64,000 bases of DNA from IMG/VR virus record IMGVR_UViG_3300027782_000025, positions 210,626-274,625 of that record; one strand, 5' to 3'. A program made the position numbers and the translations under genes. The stretch's first letter is position 1. Each line of letters begins with the position of its first letter. The notes beneath the pieces are model-generated. The model was not told the origin of the DNA, made no database searches, and saw only the letters and a list, made by a program, of their open reading frames with translations. Shown piece after piece: positions 29,240 through 40,000 of this stretch.

Positions 29240-29263
29240 TTACCGGTTTTAGAAAGGGATATC

Positions 29264-29524
29264 ATGAAGACTTTTGTTTTGGCCTGCGTATTGCTCGGGA
29301 CTATTGGTGTGTTTGAAGCTGAGGCCGGTTGTGGTCAGCGTTCAAACGGGTCTTGTGGCAATAGCCGTGCTAAGTTATTCGAAGGGCGCACTCGCGGAGG
29401 CCTCTCCTGTGGTAAGACTCGCGTTTCTTCTTGTTTTGCGGCTCCAAAGGCTTCTGCCTGCACAGCTTGCGACAAGGCTAACGAGAAAGCCGCTCCTGCT
29501 GCGTCTAAGTCTGAAAATAAGTAA
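29264..29524 (+). CDS. Secreted Cys-rich cationic peptide
   Basis: MKTFVLACVLLGTIGVFEAEA signal peptide (AxA site); mature part has 6 Cys and many K/R; AAAGGG upstream of ATG 29264. Confidence 0.75.
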   Translation: MKTFVLACVLLGTIGVFEAEAGCGQRSNGSCGNSRAKLFEGRTRGGLSCGKTRVSSCFAAPKASACTACDKANEKAAPAASKSENK

Positions 29525-29525
29525 T

Positions 29526-29539
29526 TGATTAATTAATCA
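29526..29539. promoter_or_regulatory. Perfect 14-bp palindrome TGATTAATTAATCA (candidate operator)
   Basis: Directly visible in the intergenic region upstream of the 29620 gene; function inferred. Confidence 0.3.
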
Positions 29540-29619
29540 TCGCCAGATTGCGTAGACTATTACTTTCCCTTCAAATATACATTAGAAATTTGGCTACTTA
29601 TATTGAAAGGAGACAGAAA

Positions 29620-30024
29620 ATGTCTGCGCAACCTGCCAATTCTTCGATTTCGGTGTTTATGAACCTGAGGTCCTATAGGCGGGATCTCAGACATGAGTCT
29701 CTGGCTGCTATTTGCAAGAGGCTTCGTCCTCTTGTGATGACCATCCCAGGAGAAGAAATTCTCGTGGGCGTTCTTAACAGAGATACCGGCGTCAAAGACA
29801 TGAGTTCTTATATGGGCGAAGCACGTTTTAATGCTGGTCGTGGCTTCCCAATTGTAATCGGCACCTTCGGTCAAACTAGCTTCGCTGAAGCTCAGACCAA
29901 TCTTGCTGATATCAATTTTGCATTCCAAATCGGCTCTGATAAATTCTTGTCCAACACCGCAGCTGGCCTAACTGGCGATCTGTTTGGTGATGCACGAGGC
30001 CTAGCATCTGATATAACCACTTAA
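29620..30024 (+). CDS. Hypothetical, probably abundant virion protein
   Basis: Strong SD AAAGGAG before ATG 29620; followed by a strong terminator; start of the structural region. Confidence 0.78.
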   Translation: MSAQPANSSISVFMNLRSYRRDLRHESLAAICKRLRPLVMTIPGEEILVGVLNRDTGVKDMSSYMGEARFNAGRGFPIVIGTFGQTSFAEAQTNLADINFAFQIGSDKFLSNTAAGLTGDLFGDARGLASDITT

Positions 30025-30053
30025 TAATCCTTAATCGGATTATCGAGAATTAA

Positions 30054-30092
30054 AAGAAGACGGGGAGATCGATAAAATCTCCCCGTCTTCTT
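30054..30092. terminator. Rho-independent terminator (potentially bidirectional)
   Basis: Perfect 16-bp inverted repeat AAGAAGACGGGGAGAT / ATCTCCCCGTCTTCTT with a 7-nt loop. Confidence 0.85.
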
Positions 30093-30156
30093 ATATAAAC
30101 CATATCCGAATATAAATTAAGCCACAAATATATTATATAACTCAAGGAGACAGACT

Positions 30157-30687
30157 ATGCGCTGGGTCCCATTTACAGCCTTCATAAAAATTGTGCCATC
30201 ATTAGCGAACGGAAAAAGATTCGAAATTATAAGAAATGCTCAAAAACTATCAGTAGCATTATTCGAAGAAATCCCTAATTATGATGGTGGGAAATTCCAG
30301 CTATCGTCGCCTAGTGGCGGACAACAAAACAGCCAAACAAATGGGGCTGCGTTGAGTTCCTTCGCCAACGGCACCGCATATAAACCACAATTTGGGCAAT
30401 CGCCAGCCCAACTGACAATGTCTGGATTCTATAAATCAGAGGCTAAAAACGCATACACGCAGCCTGAAGTTATGCGATTCTCTGGCAATGAAAAATATTC
30501 AGGCATGGGCTCGCATTTAAATGAATTGATGCCAACAGGCACAGTATATTCAGAAGTATCAGACATTCTATCGATTCTTCGAGACGCTTGCGATGCAGCG
30601 TTTCCAGCATCAGTTCCTTATAGCGTATTTCGTTTAGAATACAATGGCTTAGTATTTGGGGACAGGGGATTAACCTTCCCTGATTAA
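30157..30687 (+). CDS. Hypothetical virion-region protein
   Basis: SD AAGGAG; same AAGGAGACAGA leader as the 29620 gene. Confidence 0.75.
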   Translation: MRWVPFTAFIKIVPSLANGKRFEIIRNAQKLSVALFEEIPNYDGGKFQLSSPSGGQQNSQTNGAALSSFANGTAYKPQFGQSPAQLTMSGFYKSEAKNAYTQPEVMRFSGNEKYSGMGSHLNELMPTGTVYSEVSDILSILRDACDAAFPASVPYSVFRLEYNGLVFGDRGLTFPD

Positions 30688-30689
30688 AT

Positions 30690-31472
30690 ATGGCTATTTT
30701 TGGACCAGCAGATCTACCCTCTATATTAAAACTACGTTCTGAACCAATGAAAAAGTATATCCTGACCAAATTAGGATATCCAAATGTAGATGTAGAGATA
30801 CAAGAAGATCAATTCGAAACGATTTGGAGAGTGGCTGGAGATTTTATAGCTAGCTATTTCCCCAGAGAGCAGAAATTAGCTGTTTTTTGGACCAACCCAT
30901 TGCAACCAACATACCCTCTTCCAGAAGACGCTTATTGGGTCCAAGAAGTGCATTGGGACCCAGCAACAACCAGAATAAACGATGTATTTGGGGCTGAAAG
31001 CTTTTTATTTAATGTCGGGCAGGTGTCCGGCATACAAAATATGCTTTTAGATTACCACCTTCTTCAAGCATATAGAAAATTCTCCCAAAAAATACTTGGC
31101 ACTGAAGGCCACTGGGAAGTGATTAACGAAAACAATAAATTTACACAAGGTGATTCATTAAGTTCTAAAGATCAAAAAATACGGTTATATCCGACACCAA
31201 AAGGCGCTTTCCCAGTGACTGTTCTTTACATCCCTGTCGTCAATAGTTTTAGAAGCCCGCAAGCTAGACAGCTATGCTATGATATGATGCTTGCTGAAGC
31301 TAAAACCTCGCTGGGTGCTGCAAGAAGAAAAATCTCAGGATTACCAACACCAGATGGTGGTACAATATCTTATGATGGTGATGCTCTCATGAACGAAGGC
31401 ATCAAAATGAAAGAAGAGATAATTAAATCTGCTATTGATCTCGGTGAACCATATGGAGTATGGCTATGGTAA
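30690..31472 (+). CDS. Neck/head-completion protein (T4 gp13-like)
   Basis: YILTKLGYPNVDVEIQEDQF, RLYPTP, AKTSLGAARRKISGLPTPDGGTISYDGDALMNEG pattern. Confidence 0.68.
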   Translation: MAIFGPADLPSILKLRSEPMKKYILTKLGYPNVDVEIQEDQFETIWRVAGDFIASYFPREQKLAVFWTNPLQPTYPLPEDAYWVQEVHWDPATTRINDVFGAESFLFNVGQVSGIQNMLLDYHLLQAYRKFSQKILGTEGHWEVINENNKFTQGDSLSSKDQKIRLYPTPKGAFPVTVLYIPVVNSFRSPQARQLCYDMMLAEAKTSLGAARRKISGLPTPDGGTISYDGDALMNEGIKMKEEIIKSAIDLGEPYGVWLW

Positions 31473-32056
31473 TAGAACCGATTGAAATTAGCTTCCAATT
31501 ACAGGTACTACCTGACCATAGCGTCATTATACCTGGCTGTGAACCAACATCGGCAATATCAAGTGCGTCTCTGTCTTATTCTATGGCACTTAATGGATGT
31601 GAACAACCGAAAGTACCAATTAAATTAATATTAGATAAAATCCCAGGTAGCTATATAAAGTATGGGTGGAATTTTAACCTTGGCTATAACCAGACTTGGT
31701 TGGTGTTTCCTCCTTATTTGGCAGGCTGCCCATGCGATGATAGACCCGATTGGTATAACATGCTGAGATGTATAGCTAGTGAAATAACTGACCCGATTGT
31801 AGTTGAAAAAAACTGCGATGTTCTAGAACGCGAATTTTGTAACCCAGAAATAAAACCAGGGCCAAGCGGCGGCGGTGATGCTTATGTGAATCCTCCAGAA
31901 GGTCCATCTGCCTTAGGCTATGGTGGTATTTTACCACCGATTCCACCTTGGGCGCGGAAAAAAGTTAATTTCTGTAAATTAGCGGGCATGGACAAGGAAA
32001 TGAAGATGATGGCTCCGCACGATACTAATATACTGGATTCTATTTTAGGAACTTAA
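31460..32056 (+). CDS. Cys/Pro-rich hypothetical virion protein
   Basis: 198 aa with multiple Cys; coupled to neighbours. Confidence 0.7.
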   Translation: MAMVIEPIEISFQLQVLPDHSVIIPGCEPTSAISSASLSYSMALNGCEQPKVPIKLILDKIPGSYIKYGWNFNLGYNQTWLVFPPYLAGCPCDDRPDWYNMLRCIASEITDPIVVEKNCDVLEREFCNPEIKPGPSGGGDAYVNPPEGPSALGYGGILPPIPPWARKKVNFCKLAGMDKEMKMMAPHDTNILDSILGT

Positions 32057-35000
32057 ATGGATATTGGAACTATATTAAGGCTGCAAGGCCCAGTACCGAC
32101 TAATTTAGCTCCAAATAAGTTTTATTCTGGAACCATCTTTTTTTTCGAAGATGACGCTTTCTTGTTTTATGCTGGCGGCAATAACGGCTACAATAGAGCC
32201 ACATATATAAGCAAAATAAATATTGGCGCCGGAAGCGTAAATGGGTTTAACTTCGATACAAACACGTTAGCCTTGAGCGGCGGCCCAATAACTAGAACTG
32301 GCACGATAAAAATAGATCTTATCGAGAATCTGGCTGTGGTGGGGCAGTACGGTTCATCGACCACGATACCAATCATAACCGCTAATTCGCTTGGATTCGT
32401 TACTAGAATGAGCGAAGTGCAAAACGATACGGCTGGCGGTACTGTCACGCTCATGGAAATGGATTCAGATGATTTAGAAATATATGGATTACCAACACAA
32501 TTACCGACATGTCCTCCACCAGCCGTGCCGCCGCCGGTCCAATGTGATGAGTTAACTGAATTAGGATTTTTAGCAACCGACACTAAGCCAGCTGACATCT
32601 GCATAAGCCCAGACGATGGTTTTTTATATGTCGCTAATAATGGTAGTATTTCAATCTATAAGCGTATAACAGGAACCGGCTTGCTGCAAGCATTAAGCCC
32701 TGTGATTATTTCTGGGATTGGTAATGCTATTATTATAAGCTCCGATGGTAAAAACATATACGTTATTAACGACACAAATAGTATCGACATGTTTTGGCGA
32801 AATACCACTAACGGCTTATTGACATCAATCGGATCCATTGCTACTGGCAACACGCCGGTTGATATGTGCATATCTGCTGATGGTAAGAATGTTTATGCTG
32901 TAAACCTTCTGGATGACACTATTTCAGTATTTGGGCGTGATGACACGACAGGCTTGCTAACATCATTAGGCGACATCGCTGCTGGCACCGAACCGAATTA
33001 CATTGCAGTAAGCCCTGATGGCAAGAATGTTTATGTTATCCACCGTGGCTCAGCGTCGCGCACGATATCTATTTATGCACGCAATACTACATCTGGTTTG
33101 TTAACTATAACAACGTCTATCGCTACTGGCGTTGCGCGTGGTATCGCGATTAGTCCAAATGGTAAAAATGTATACGTTTCTGATCTCGATAATGTCATAG
33201 TTAACTATGGTAGAAACACCACGACAGGTCTTCTGACTAAAAAAGAAACCTTTGCATCTAATGCGCCTTGGGGTATTGTGATTAGCGCTGATGGCACAAG
33301 CGCTTATATTAGCAGTATGAATAATAGCATAAGCATTTTTAGACGTAATGTCACCACTGGCTCATTCTCCGCAGTTGGGCAAATAGCAGCTAGGGGTGGT
33401 TATAACCTTTGCATTAGCTATGATGGTTTAAATGTTTATGTGCCAAATGTGAATTTAGATTCGATAACAATGTTCTCAAGGAAGAATTGCACGCCACCTA
33501 GCACTCCGACACCGACACAGGTAGATCTTAGACGCTATCTTGTTAGAGCGACTCGCGGAGGTACTGCTGAGCAAGCATCAGATGTGGAATATTGGTCGTC
33601 TGGTGATGGCTATGGAGGCACCACATGCATGATAGATCTGGTCGCCAATAATATTTATACAACTGGAGCTAATCCAGAATTCGCAGGTCTGCCGCCGTTG
33701 CCAGCTTTTAATTCGATTATAAATGCCAAAAAGGTAACGAAATATTCAGCCAAACCATATGATACATATGCTTGGAAAAAACTCGCGACTGGTCACGGCA
33801 TGGTGGCTGTAGTTAAGACCGATGGCTCTTTATGGGTCGGCGATGAAAGTATATCTAAAGGCACTGGACTTAGGAAGATTACCAGTTTTAAACGTTTAAA
33901 TAATGGGGTTGTAGTTAATGTCATTCCAGCGCCATCTAATTTTATAGATGTTAGGACCACAAAATGGCCAGATCAAAGCACAACTGATTTTGTCAAGTTA
34001 AGAGCTTTCACTTCTGATGGTGCTACATATTCTAGTTCATATGGCTGGAATACTAGCACTGCGCCAGACACTATGACTTTGGAATCCGGACCAGGCGGAC
34101 TACCAATCACGGAAGTGCCGAATTATTCCTATAATGGCTATACTCATTATTTCGAAACTTATTTAATGACACTAACATCAAGGAGGTGGGTGGCCTACGG
34201 CAATAACACTAACGGCCAATGTGGTACAAGCACTATAGTATCACCGATAAGAAATTTCTACATTAAAGATCTTGATAATGCACTGGTAGTATCAGCTGGT
34301 CAGTTGCATACAATGGCTATATTACCAGGCGGAATATTAGTTGGCTGCGGAGATAGCATTCAAGGTCAGTTGGGTAATAACTCTAAATTTACAGCTAATT
34401 CTAAATTTACCCAAATAGGCACTGATAGAGATTGGAAGTCAGTTTATGCAGGTGATAGTTTTAGCATAGCCATAAAAAATGACGGCACAGCGTATGCGAC
34501 TGGCTTTAACCCGCCAGGCTTGCCAGTATACAGCAATAAGACATTATTTAATTTCACTCAAATACCAAATATTACTGGTGCAGTGGAAGCGTTTGGCTTT
34601 AACGATCCATTTATATTCTGCAGCACTGCACCCCGACGAACTGATTGCTTTGCCGGTTGGAGCCCAAGCCTCAGCACTCTGACAATTCCATTATATAGTG
34701 GCGACACTGTTTTATCAAATAATGGAGCGGGCTTTTTCGGCTATGCATCGAGCGGCACGTCGCTATATTCGATCGTTTTAAACAATCTTGGTTCTGGTAT
34801 TTTCTCTATTGCATTCTTGAACAATGGTCAGTTGACACTTAACAGTAATATATCTGCTACTAATACAAAATTGTTTGCTAATGGCGACATTATTACGATT
34901 AACATCCCATCATTAAAAGGTGACACAACAAGTTGGGATACTGTTAATGGCAGATACCTTGTAACTGACACTAGCGATTTGAGATACGTTAAACTATTAT

Positions 35001-37363
35001 GTGCGCCGGCCCCAACGCCTGTGCCTACACCAACACCGACACCACCGACGCCAACTCCAACTTGCTTTGATCGGTGGGGTGGAGAACCGAAAGGCTTTTT
35101 CGGTCCGTTTACTTATTCGGAATATAATCCGTTTTATATCTTAGCCCCTAGGAGGCCACCATACATTCCTAGCGATCCAATACCAATGCTGCAGGCACCT
35201 TTAGCTGAAAGTACGGTAAATCCAATTAGGCCATATAATGGCGAATTAGTTATTACTAGCAGGCTTTATAATTTATACGCACGTGGGTTAATTTACGATG
35301 ATGGTCTCAGATTTTTTTGGCTAAACGACAAGAATGGTAAAGTAGAAACTACCCCATTTATTGTGGGAGACCTAGTTACTTTCCGTAATGACGCTAACAA
35401 TAATGAACGAAACCCGCCAACTAACTGGATAAACACAGAATACCTTATCACTAACATAGAGCTGGGCGTGCATACTATAATTTGCCGCCCCACGCCGACG
35501 CCAACACCGGCTCCAACGCTTGAATGCGGTAAATTAACACTAAGGCAGACTGCATCTTTTGGCGGTAATCATCAAGCTATGATAGTTTCTGAGAAATATG
35601 AGGTTAAGATTTTATGCACAGCTGATGCTGTTACTAATGCAGTATCTGTTTTTGTTATAAATTCAGATGGATCATTAACCTTTTATAATTCATATTTAGC
35701 CGGCCTAAACCCACGTGATATAGTGATGTCATCAAATAATCAATATATCTATGTGATCACACAGAGTGGTTTAGTTACCTTTCTTAGACCAGCAGGAACC
35801 TCGCCAGTTATAAATTTAATCGATACTGATACTAGATTTACTTCATTTAATGGAGCAAGGCTTTACATTTCGCCTGATAATTCATTCTTATATATTTCTA
35901 TCTTAAATGCTATAAAAATAGTTAAACTTAACGGCATACCTGATAAGACTAGCGTAGTATTAACAACACCTATCGCAGGCGAAGTATGTTATATGCTTGG
36001 GTCTAGTGATGGAAAGTATCTCTACCATGTTTCTTCAGATGCAAATAAGATATCGGCTTTCATAAGAAATTCTAGCAATGGATCGCTGATCTTAATTAGA
36101 GAATTAAATATTGAAGGCACACAACCACGACATGCGACTTTAGCTTTCTCCGAAAAGTTCATATTTATTTCTAGCATTGGTACTAGTCTAATATCAGCTT
36201 TCATGAGAGACCCAACTAGCGGAGACATTAATTATGCCTCAACACCAAGCACAAGTATCGGCTTGGCAGGCACGCGAACTAATGGGATACTTGCCACAGC
36301 CGATAACTCTTTATATATCGCCGATTTCCAATTCAGCACTTTATATGAATACAAAATAGATCCCGGCACAGGCAATATCACCTCATCGGGACAAACGTTG
36401 CCAAATGTGGTTTATGGAAATGACATAAAAATTAATGCTGCTAATAAAACGCTTTACGTCTTAAGCGGCGCTGGTGCTATTGGTGATATAATAGTTTACG
36501 ACAGAGTATATTGTCCACCGACCCCTACGCCAACACCATTAACACCTTCCCAAACACCAACGCCATTGACATTTCCTTCTTTAGGTGGCAAAAGGTTAGT
36601 GGTAAGTTATTCTGCTACTCAAGCGACTACATCTAAACTGTTTACGATCAATGAAATGAATGGTGATAAAATAGCAGAGTCAGTTATTAATCTACCATAT
36701 AACGCTTTGCGTCGTATCTCAGCATACGACGGTACATTATATGCTTCTGCTGTTCCTTCAAATAGTGCTATTGTTTTAAATAAAGAACAAATTGGTATAA
36801 TTGATACAAATGGTGTTTTTAGTTCTCTGAATGATACTTCAAGCGCATATGTTTTGTCAGGAAAGTTTTGCATGGTTGGCTACCATTCTTATATAGCTAT
36901 AATATATAACACTATCTTCCAGGCATCATATTTTGCTTCTAAAACGCAATTCTACGGTGGAGCTACAAAACTAGGCGCCAACTTTAATAATAACCAAGTA
37001 ATAAACGATTTCACCGTTAGCCCGAGTGGTGAAATATTCTTTGTAAGCCCTAGTTGGGGCAATGATCCAAAGTCGCCAACAGGTCAATTATACGTTTATT
37101 ATACGAATACATCCATCAATCCAGTCCAGATCGGACTTACCCAATATGGCGGTCTATCATTTATGTGTTGGGCTGGGAGTAGTCTTTCTTTTGATGGCAG
37201 GATGAATGACGCTATTTATTATTTAATCGGCCCACAACTACACTACCTAGAAATATTTAGAGATAATAATGGAACTCCAATTTCTGTTAAAGATTACTTT
37301 ATAGATAGAATGACAGGTTTTGACATCACAGGTGTTGGTATCACAGGTATCACAGTTATATAG
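32057..37363 (+). CDS. 1768-aa fibre/appendage protein: YAGGxNG anchor, lactonase-like propellers, RCC1-like region, FxxGDxIT domains, PT linkers
   Basis: ISPDGKNVY blade repeats, GQLG/W.SV.AG RCC1-like motifs, four P/T-rich linkers. Confidence 0.9.
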   Translation: MDIGTILRLQGPVPTNLAPNKFYSGTIFFFEDDAFLFYAGGNNGYNRATYISKINIGAGSVNGFNFDTNTLALSGGPITRTGTIKIDLIENLAVVGQYGSSTTIPIITANSLGFVTRMSEVQNDTAGGTVTLMEMDSDDLEIYGLPTQLPTCPPPAVPPPVQCDELTELGFLATDTKPADICISPDDGFLYVANNGSISIYKRITGTGLLQALSPVIISGIGNAIIISSDGKNIYVINDTNSIDMFWRNTTNGLLTSIGSIATGNTPVDMCISADGKNVYAVNLLDDTISVFGRDDTTGLLTSLGDIAAGTEPNYIAVSPDGKNVYVIHRGSASRTISIYARNTTSGLLTITTSIATGVARGIAISPNGKNVYVSDLDNVIVNYGRNTTTGLLTKKETFASNAPWGIVISADGTSAYISSMNNSISIFRRNVTTGSFSAVGQIAARGGYNLCISYDGLNVYVPNVNLDSITMFSRKNCTPPSTPTPTQVDLRRYLVRATRGGTAEQASDVEYWSSGDGYGGTTCMIDLVANNIYTTGANPEFAGLPPLPAFNSIINAKKVTKYSAKPYDTYAWKKLATGHGMVAVVKTDGSLWVGDESISKGTGLRKITSFKRLNNGVVVNVIPAPSNFIDVRTTKWPDQSTTDFVKLRAFTSDGATYSSSYGWNTSTAPDTMTLESGPGGLPITEVPNYSYNGYTHYFETYLMTLTSRRWVAYGNNTNGQCGTSTIVSPIRNFYIKDLDNALVVSAGQLHTMAILPGGILVGCGDSIQGQLGNNSKFTANSKFTQIGTDRDWKSVYAGDSFSIAIKNDGTAYATGFNPPGLPVYSNKTLFNFTQIPNITGAVEAFGFNDPFIFCSTAPRRTDCFAGWSPSLSTLTIPLYSGDTVLSNNGAGFFGYASSGTSLYSIVLNNLGSGIFSIAFLNNGQLTLNSNISATNTKLFANGDIITINIPSLKGDTTSWDTVNGRYLVTDTSDLRYVKLLCAPAPTPVPTPTPTPPTPTPTCFDRWGGEPKGFFGPFTYSEYNPFYILAPRRPPYIPSDPIPMLQAPLAESTVNPIRPYNGELVITSRLYNLYARGLIYDDGLRFFWLNDKNGKVETTPFIVGDLVTFRNDANNNERNPPTNWINTEYLITNIELGVHTIICRPTPTPTPAPTLECGKLTLRQTASFGGNHQAMIVSEKYEVKILCTADAVTNAVSVFVINSDGSLTFYNSYLAGLNPRDIVMSSNNQYIYVITQSGLVTFLRPAGTSPVINLIDTDTRFTSFNGARLYISPDNSFLYISILNAIKIVKLNGIPDKTSVVLTTPIAGEVCYMLGSSDGKYLYHVSSDANKISAFIRNSSNGSLILIRELNIEGTQPRHATLAFSEKFIFISSIGTSLISAFMRDPTSGDINYASTPSTSIGLAGTRTNGILATADNSLYIADFQFSTLYEYKIDPGTGNITSSGQTLPNVVYGNDIKINAANKTLYVLSGAGAIGDIIVYDRVYCPPTPTPTPLTPSQTPTPLTFPSLGGKRLVVSYSATQATTSKLFTINEMNGDKIAESVINLPYNALRRISAYDGTLYASAVPSNSAIVLNKEQIGIIDTNGVFSSLNDTSSAYVLSGKFCMVGYHSYIAIIYNTIFQASYFASKTQFYGGATKLGANFNNNQVINDFTVSPSGEIFFVSPSWGNDPKSPTGQLYVYYTNTSINPVQIGLTQYGGLSFMCWAGSSLSFDGRMNDAIYYLIGPQLHYLEIFRDNNGTPISVKDYFIDRMTGFDITGVGITGITVI

Positions 37364-37371
37364 AGCAATAT

Positions 37372-39993
37372 ATGATCATCAATACCGTATTTAATCTGAA
37401 AACAGTTAATTTTGTGTCGCCGCCACAAAAGGATCCAAACAATCCATATTACCAGTTAGATCTTAAATGCTCTGGCGTAAATTCTGGGACATTTGGATCA
37501 ATCGGTACTGTGCCGATGATAAGAATAAACACAAAAGGATTAGTGACTCTTGCCGGGGCTACAACTGGGATCGTCATACCTCCATTTATAACAGATTTTA
37601 CGATAAAAGGACAAAACAGCTCATCGAATCCATTATACACAAACCTTGAAAATTATAATCCAAATCAAGATGAAGTCGAAAACATATCCGGATTTATTGG
37701 AAATTACGGTAAATCTTTATATTCTTCCAATAACCTTATGTATGACAAAGCATCAGGATCTATCAGTATCGGCGTTAAAAGCAACAGTACAAATGCGGTA
37801 AATGAAAATAATGTCGCTATTGGCCAAAGAGCTATGGAAGATGCTTATTCTGCAAAAACCGTAGCTATAGGAAGCTATACAGCATCTAATACTTTATTAA
37901 ACAATAATACTATATGTGTTGGTTATGGTGCTCCAGTCGTCGGTGGCAATACGCCGATTAATTCTGACAATATAGTTATAGGTAGCGGCCTATTTAATAG
38001 CTCTGGCACCAAATCGATATTTATAAATAATAATAAAGTTTTGCAAATCACAGGTAACGCGACAAGCAATTCTATAAGCATAGGTGGTTTCCCACACTTT
38101 GGGTCAGTACCAGATTATTCTGGCATCTTAATCGGTCAGACATACGGCTTTGAAGGATTAAGCATTACGCTGCAGCAATCTATATTGATTGGAAACCCGT
38201 TTACCGCTGTTAATCAAACAAGGACAAGTTTAACCTATAAAACATCTGTCGCTATCATCCAATCTGGCACGCAATCTTATAACGCCCTCCGAACCATAGG
38301 GCTAGAATCATCGGTTTTAATAAGTAACGAGGCGCCGCCGTCAAAATACTACAGAGATCAAATCGACGGTGCTGGTCATGTTATATTAGGAAACGGCGCA
38401 GGAATAGTGAAACCAAGCATAGTTAGTACAGATAATCCAACAGATTGTATAGCAATTGGCGTGTATTCTACTGGATCTTCAAAGGGCATTTCAATAGGTT
38501 ATAAATCTGGGTCTTTTCTACCGCCTCAGAATAACTCTTTACCTGGTGTTGGGACACTTGGAGGCGCATTTACTGGTGGTCCTGGGGCTTCCTTATATGG
38601 TGCCGGACCGCCTGACGGGAAGAGTAATCCGTATGGTATTATGGGTAAGATAGTACCCGATAATGAATATGTAACAGGCGATAATATAACTATCTTAGCA
38701 GGTGGTCAATCGCACAGCGCAGCCCTTGTAAACCAAGGAAGAATGTATGTATGTGGCCTTAATGATGCTGGACAATTGGGGCTTGGTGACAACACACCAA
38801 GATATACGTATACTTTGGTGCCTTGGTCTAACAGCTTTACCTTCGGGATTAAAATAACGCAAATCTGCGCTTATTATAATGGCACATTTGTCATCCTAAA
38901 CGATGGAAGACTATATGGCAGCGGACAAATAAATCCGACTTCTACCACTTCGAGTTTTACTTTAATAGATTCTGGGCCTTGGACAGTGATATCGGCGGCA
39001 CGCGATTACGTTACAGGAAAGACAACGTGGGCTGGTATCAAAGGTGGTAAGCTCTATACGATGGGTGATAACACATATGGCCAATTGGGCAATGGTACTA
39101 CCGGCGGTTCTACTAGCACTTTTGCTATGGTAGGATCTTCTACTTATACTAAGGTAGAATGCGGTAAATCTTTTGTACTAGCAGTGAGAAGCGATAATCG
39201 TTTAATAGTGTGGGGAAGAAATAATGTAGGCCAACTCGGCATGGGAAATACTAGCGATTTTAATACTCCACAAATAGTGCCGCTGTTCGTTCGTGCTATC
39301 CTTGGCGGTTCTCCGGAGTATGATACTTCTAATATAGTATCAATATCAGCTGGTCATGAATGCATAGTAGTGGTAACTGCTAATGGAAATGCTTATATGA
39401 CCGGCAAAACCGGCGATGCTTTTATTAGAGGTGTTTTATCGTCGTGGTTTAGTTCATTTTCTTTTACAAAAATGGAAATAAATGCATTCACTACTACACC
39501 TCCGTCTCTTCTATTGCCTGTCCAATGCCTAGTCATAAATGCAGTCGATATTTATTTTAAAATGAACAATAGTTCTGTTTGCGCCATAGGCACAGGCGAA
39601 GGTGGTACTTTTTTTGCAGGGGATTATCCGCTTAATACATTTACTGGCTTAAACCAACACGATAATCCGGCACGTGCTACAGAATTAAACATGCTCGGAG
39701 TAACAAACACACTTGTTAAAGGGTTTACGCCTGGTGCTCATGCTTTAATGCCGACTTTAGGTGGCGCTGGAGCAAATTATAACAGAATATGCTTGGCGGC
39801 TGATGGTTTGGTTATTCCTAACTTCTTAATCATCGGTGGTGCGGGGGGGAAGCTTCATGGCAATCCTGATGGTACTGGCGTAGAGTTTATAGCTTACTCC
39901 GGCGCAGCATCTGCCCTGCCTAGTACACCATCGGCTTATCTTTCTACTGCCATAAACGGGACAAAATATAAATTGCCACTTTACAACATTTAG
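37372..39993 (+). CDS. 873-aa fibre protein: xxAIG (YadA-head-like) repeats, RCC1 repeats, C-terminal GNPDG...YKLPLYN module
   Basis: NVAIGQRA and SISIG repeats; NDAGQLGLGD, NTYGQLGNG, NNVGQLGMG. Confidence 0.88.
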   Translation: MIINTVFNLKTVNFVSPPQKDPNNPYYQLDLKCSGVNSGTFGSIGTVPMIRINTKGLVTLAGATTGIVIPPFITDFTIKGQNSSSNPLYTNLENYNPNQDEVENISGFIGNYGKSLYSSNNLMYDKASGSISIGVKSNSTNAVNENNVAIGQRAMEDAYSAKTVAIGSYTASNTLLNNNTICVGYGAPVVGGNTPINSDNIVIGSGLFNSSGTKSIFINNNKVLQITGNATSNSISIGGFPHFGSVPDYSGILIGQTYGFEGLSITLQQSILIGNPFTAVNQTRTSLTYKTSVAIIQSGTQSYNALRTIGLESSVLISNEAPPSKYYRDQIDGAGHVILGNGAGIVKPSIVSTDNPTDCIAIGVYSTGSSKGISIGYKSGSFLPPQNNSLPGVGTLGGAFTGGPGASLYGAGPPDGKSNPYGIMGKIVPDNEYVTGDNITILAGGQSHSAALVNQGRMYVCGLNDAGQLGLGDNTPRYTYTLVPWSNSFTFGIKITQICAYYNGTFVILNDGRLYGSGQINPTSTTSSFTLIDSGPWTVISAARDYVTGKTTWAGIKGGKLYTMGDNTYGQLGNGTTGGSTSTFAMVGSSTYTKVECGKSFVLAVRSDNRLIVWGRNNVGQLGMGNTSDFNTPQIVPLFVRAILGGSPEYDTSNIVSISAGHECIVVVTANGNAYMTGKTGDAFIRGVLSSWFSSFSFTKMEINAFTTTPPSLLLPVQCLVINAVDIYFKMNNSSVCAIGTGEGGTFFAGDYPLNTFTGLNQHDNPARATELNMLGVTNTLVKGFTPGAHALMPTLGGAGANYNRICLAADGLVIPNFLIIGGAGGKLHGNPDGTGVEFIAYSGAASALPSTPSAYLSTAINGTKYKLPLYNI

Positions 39994-40000
39994 GTGAAAA

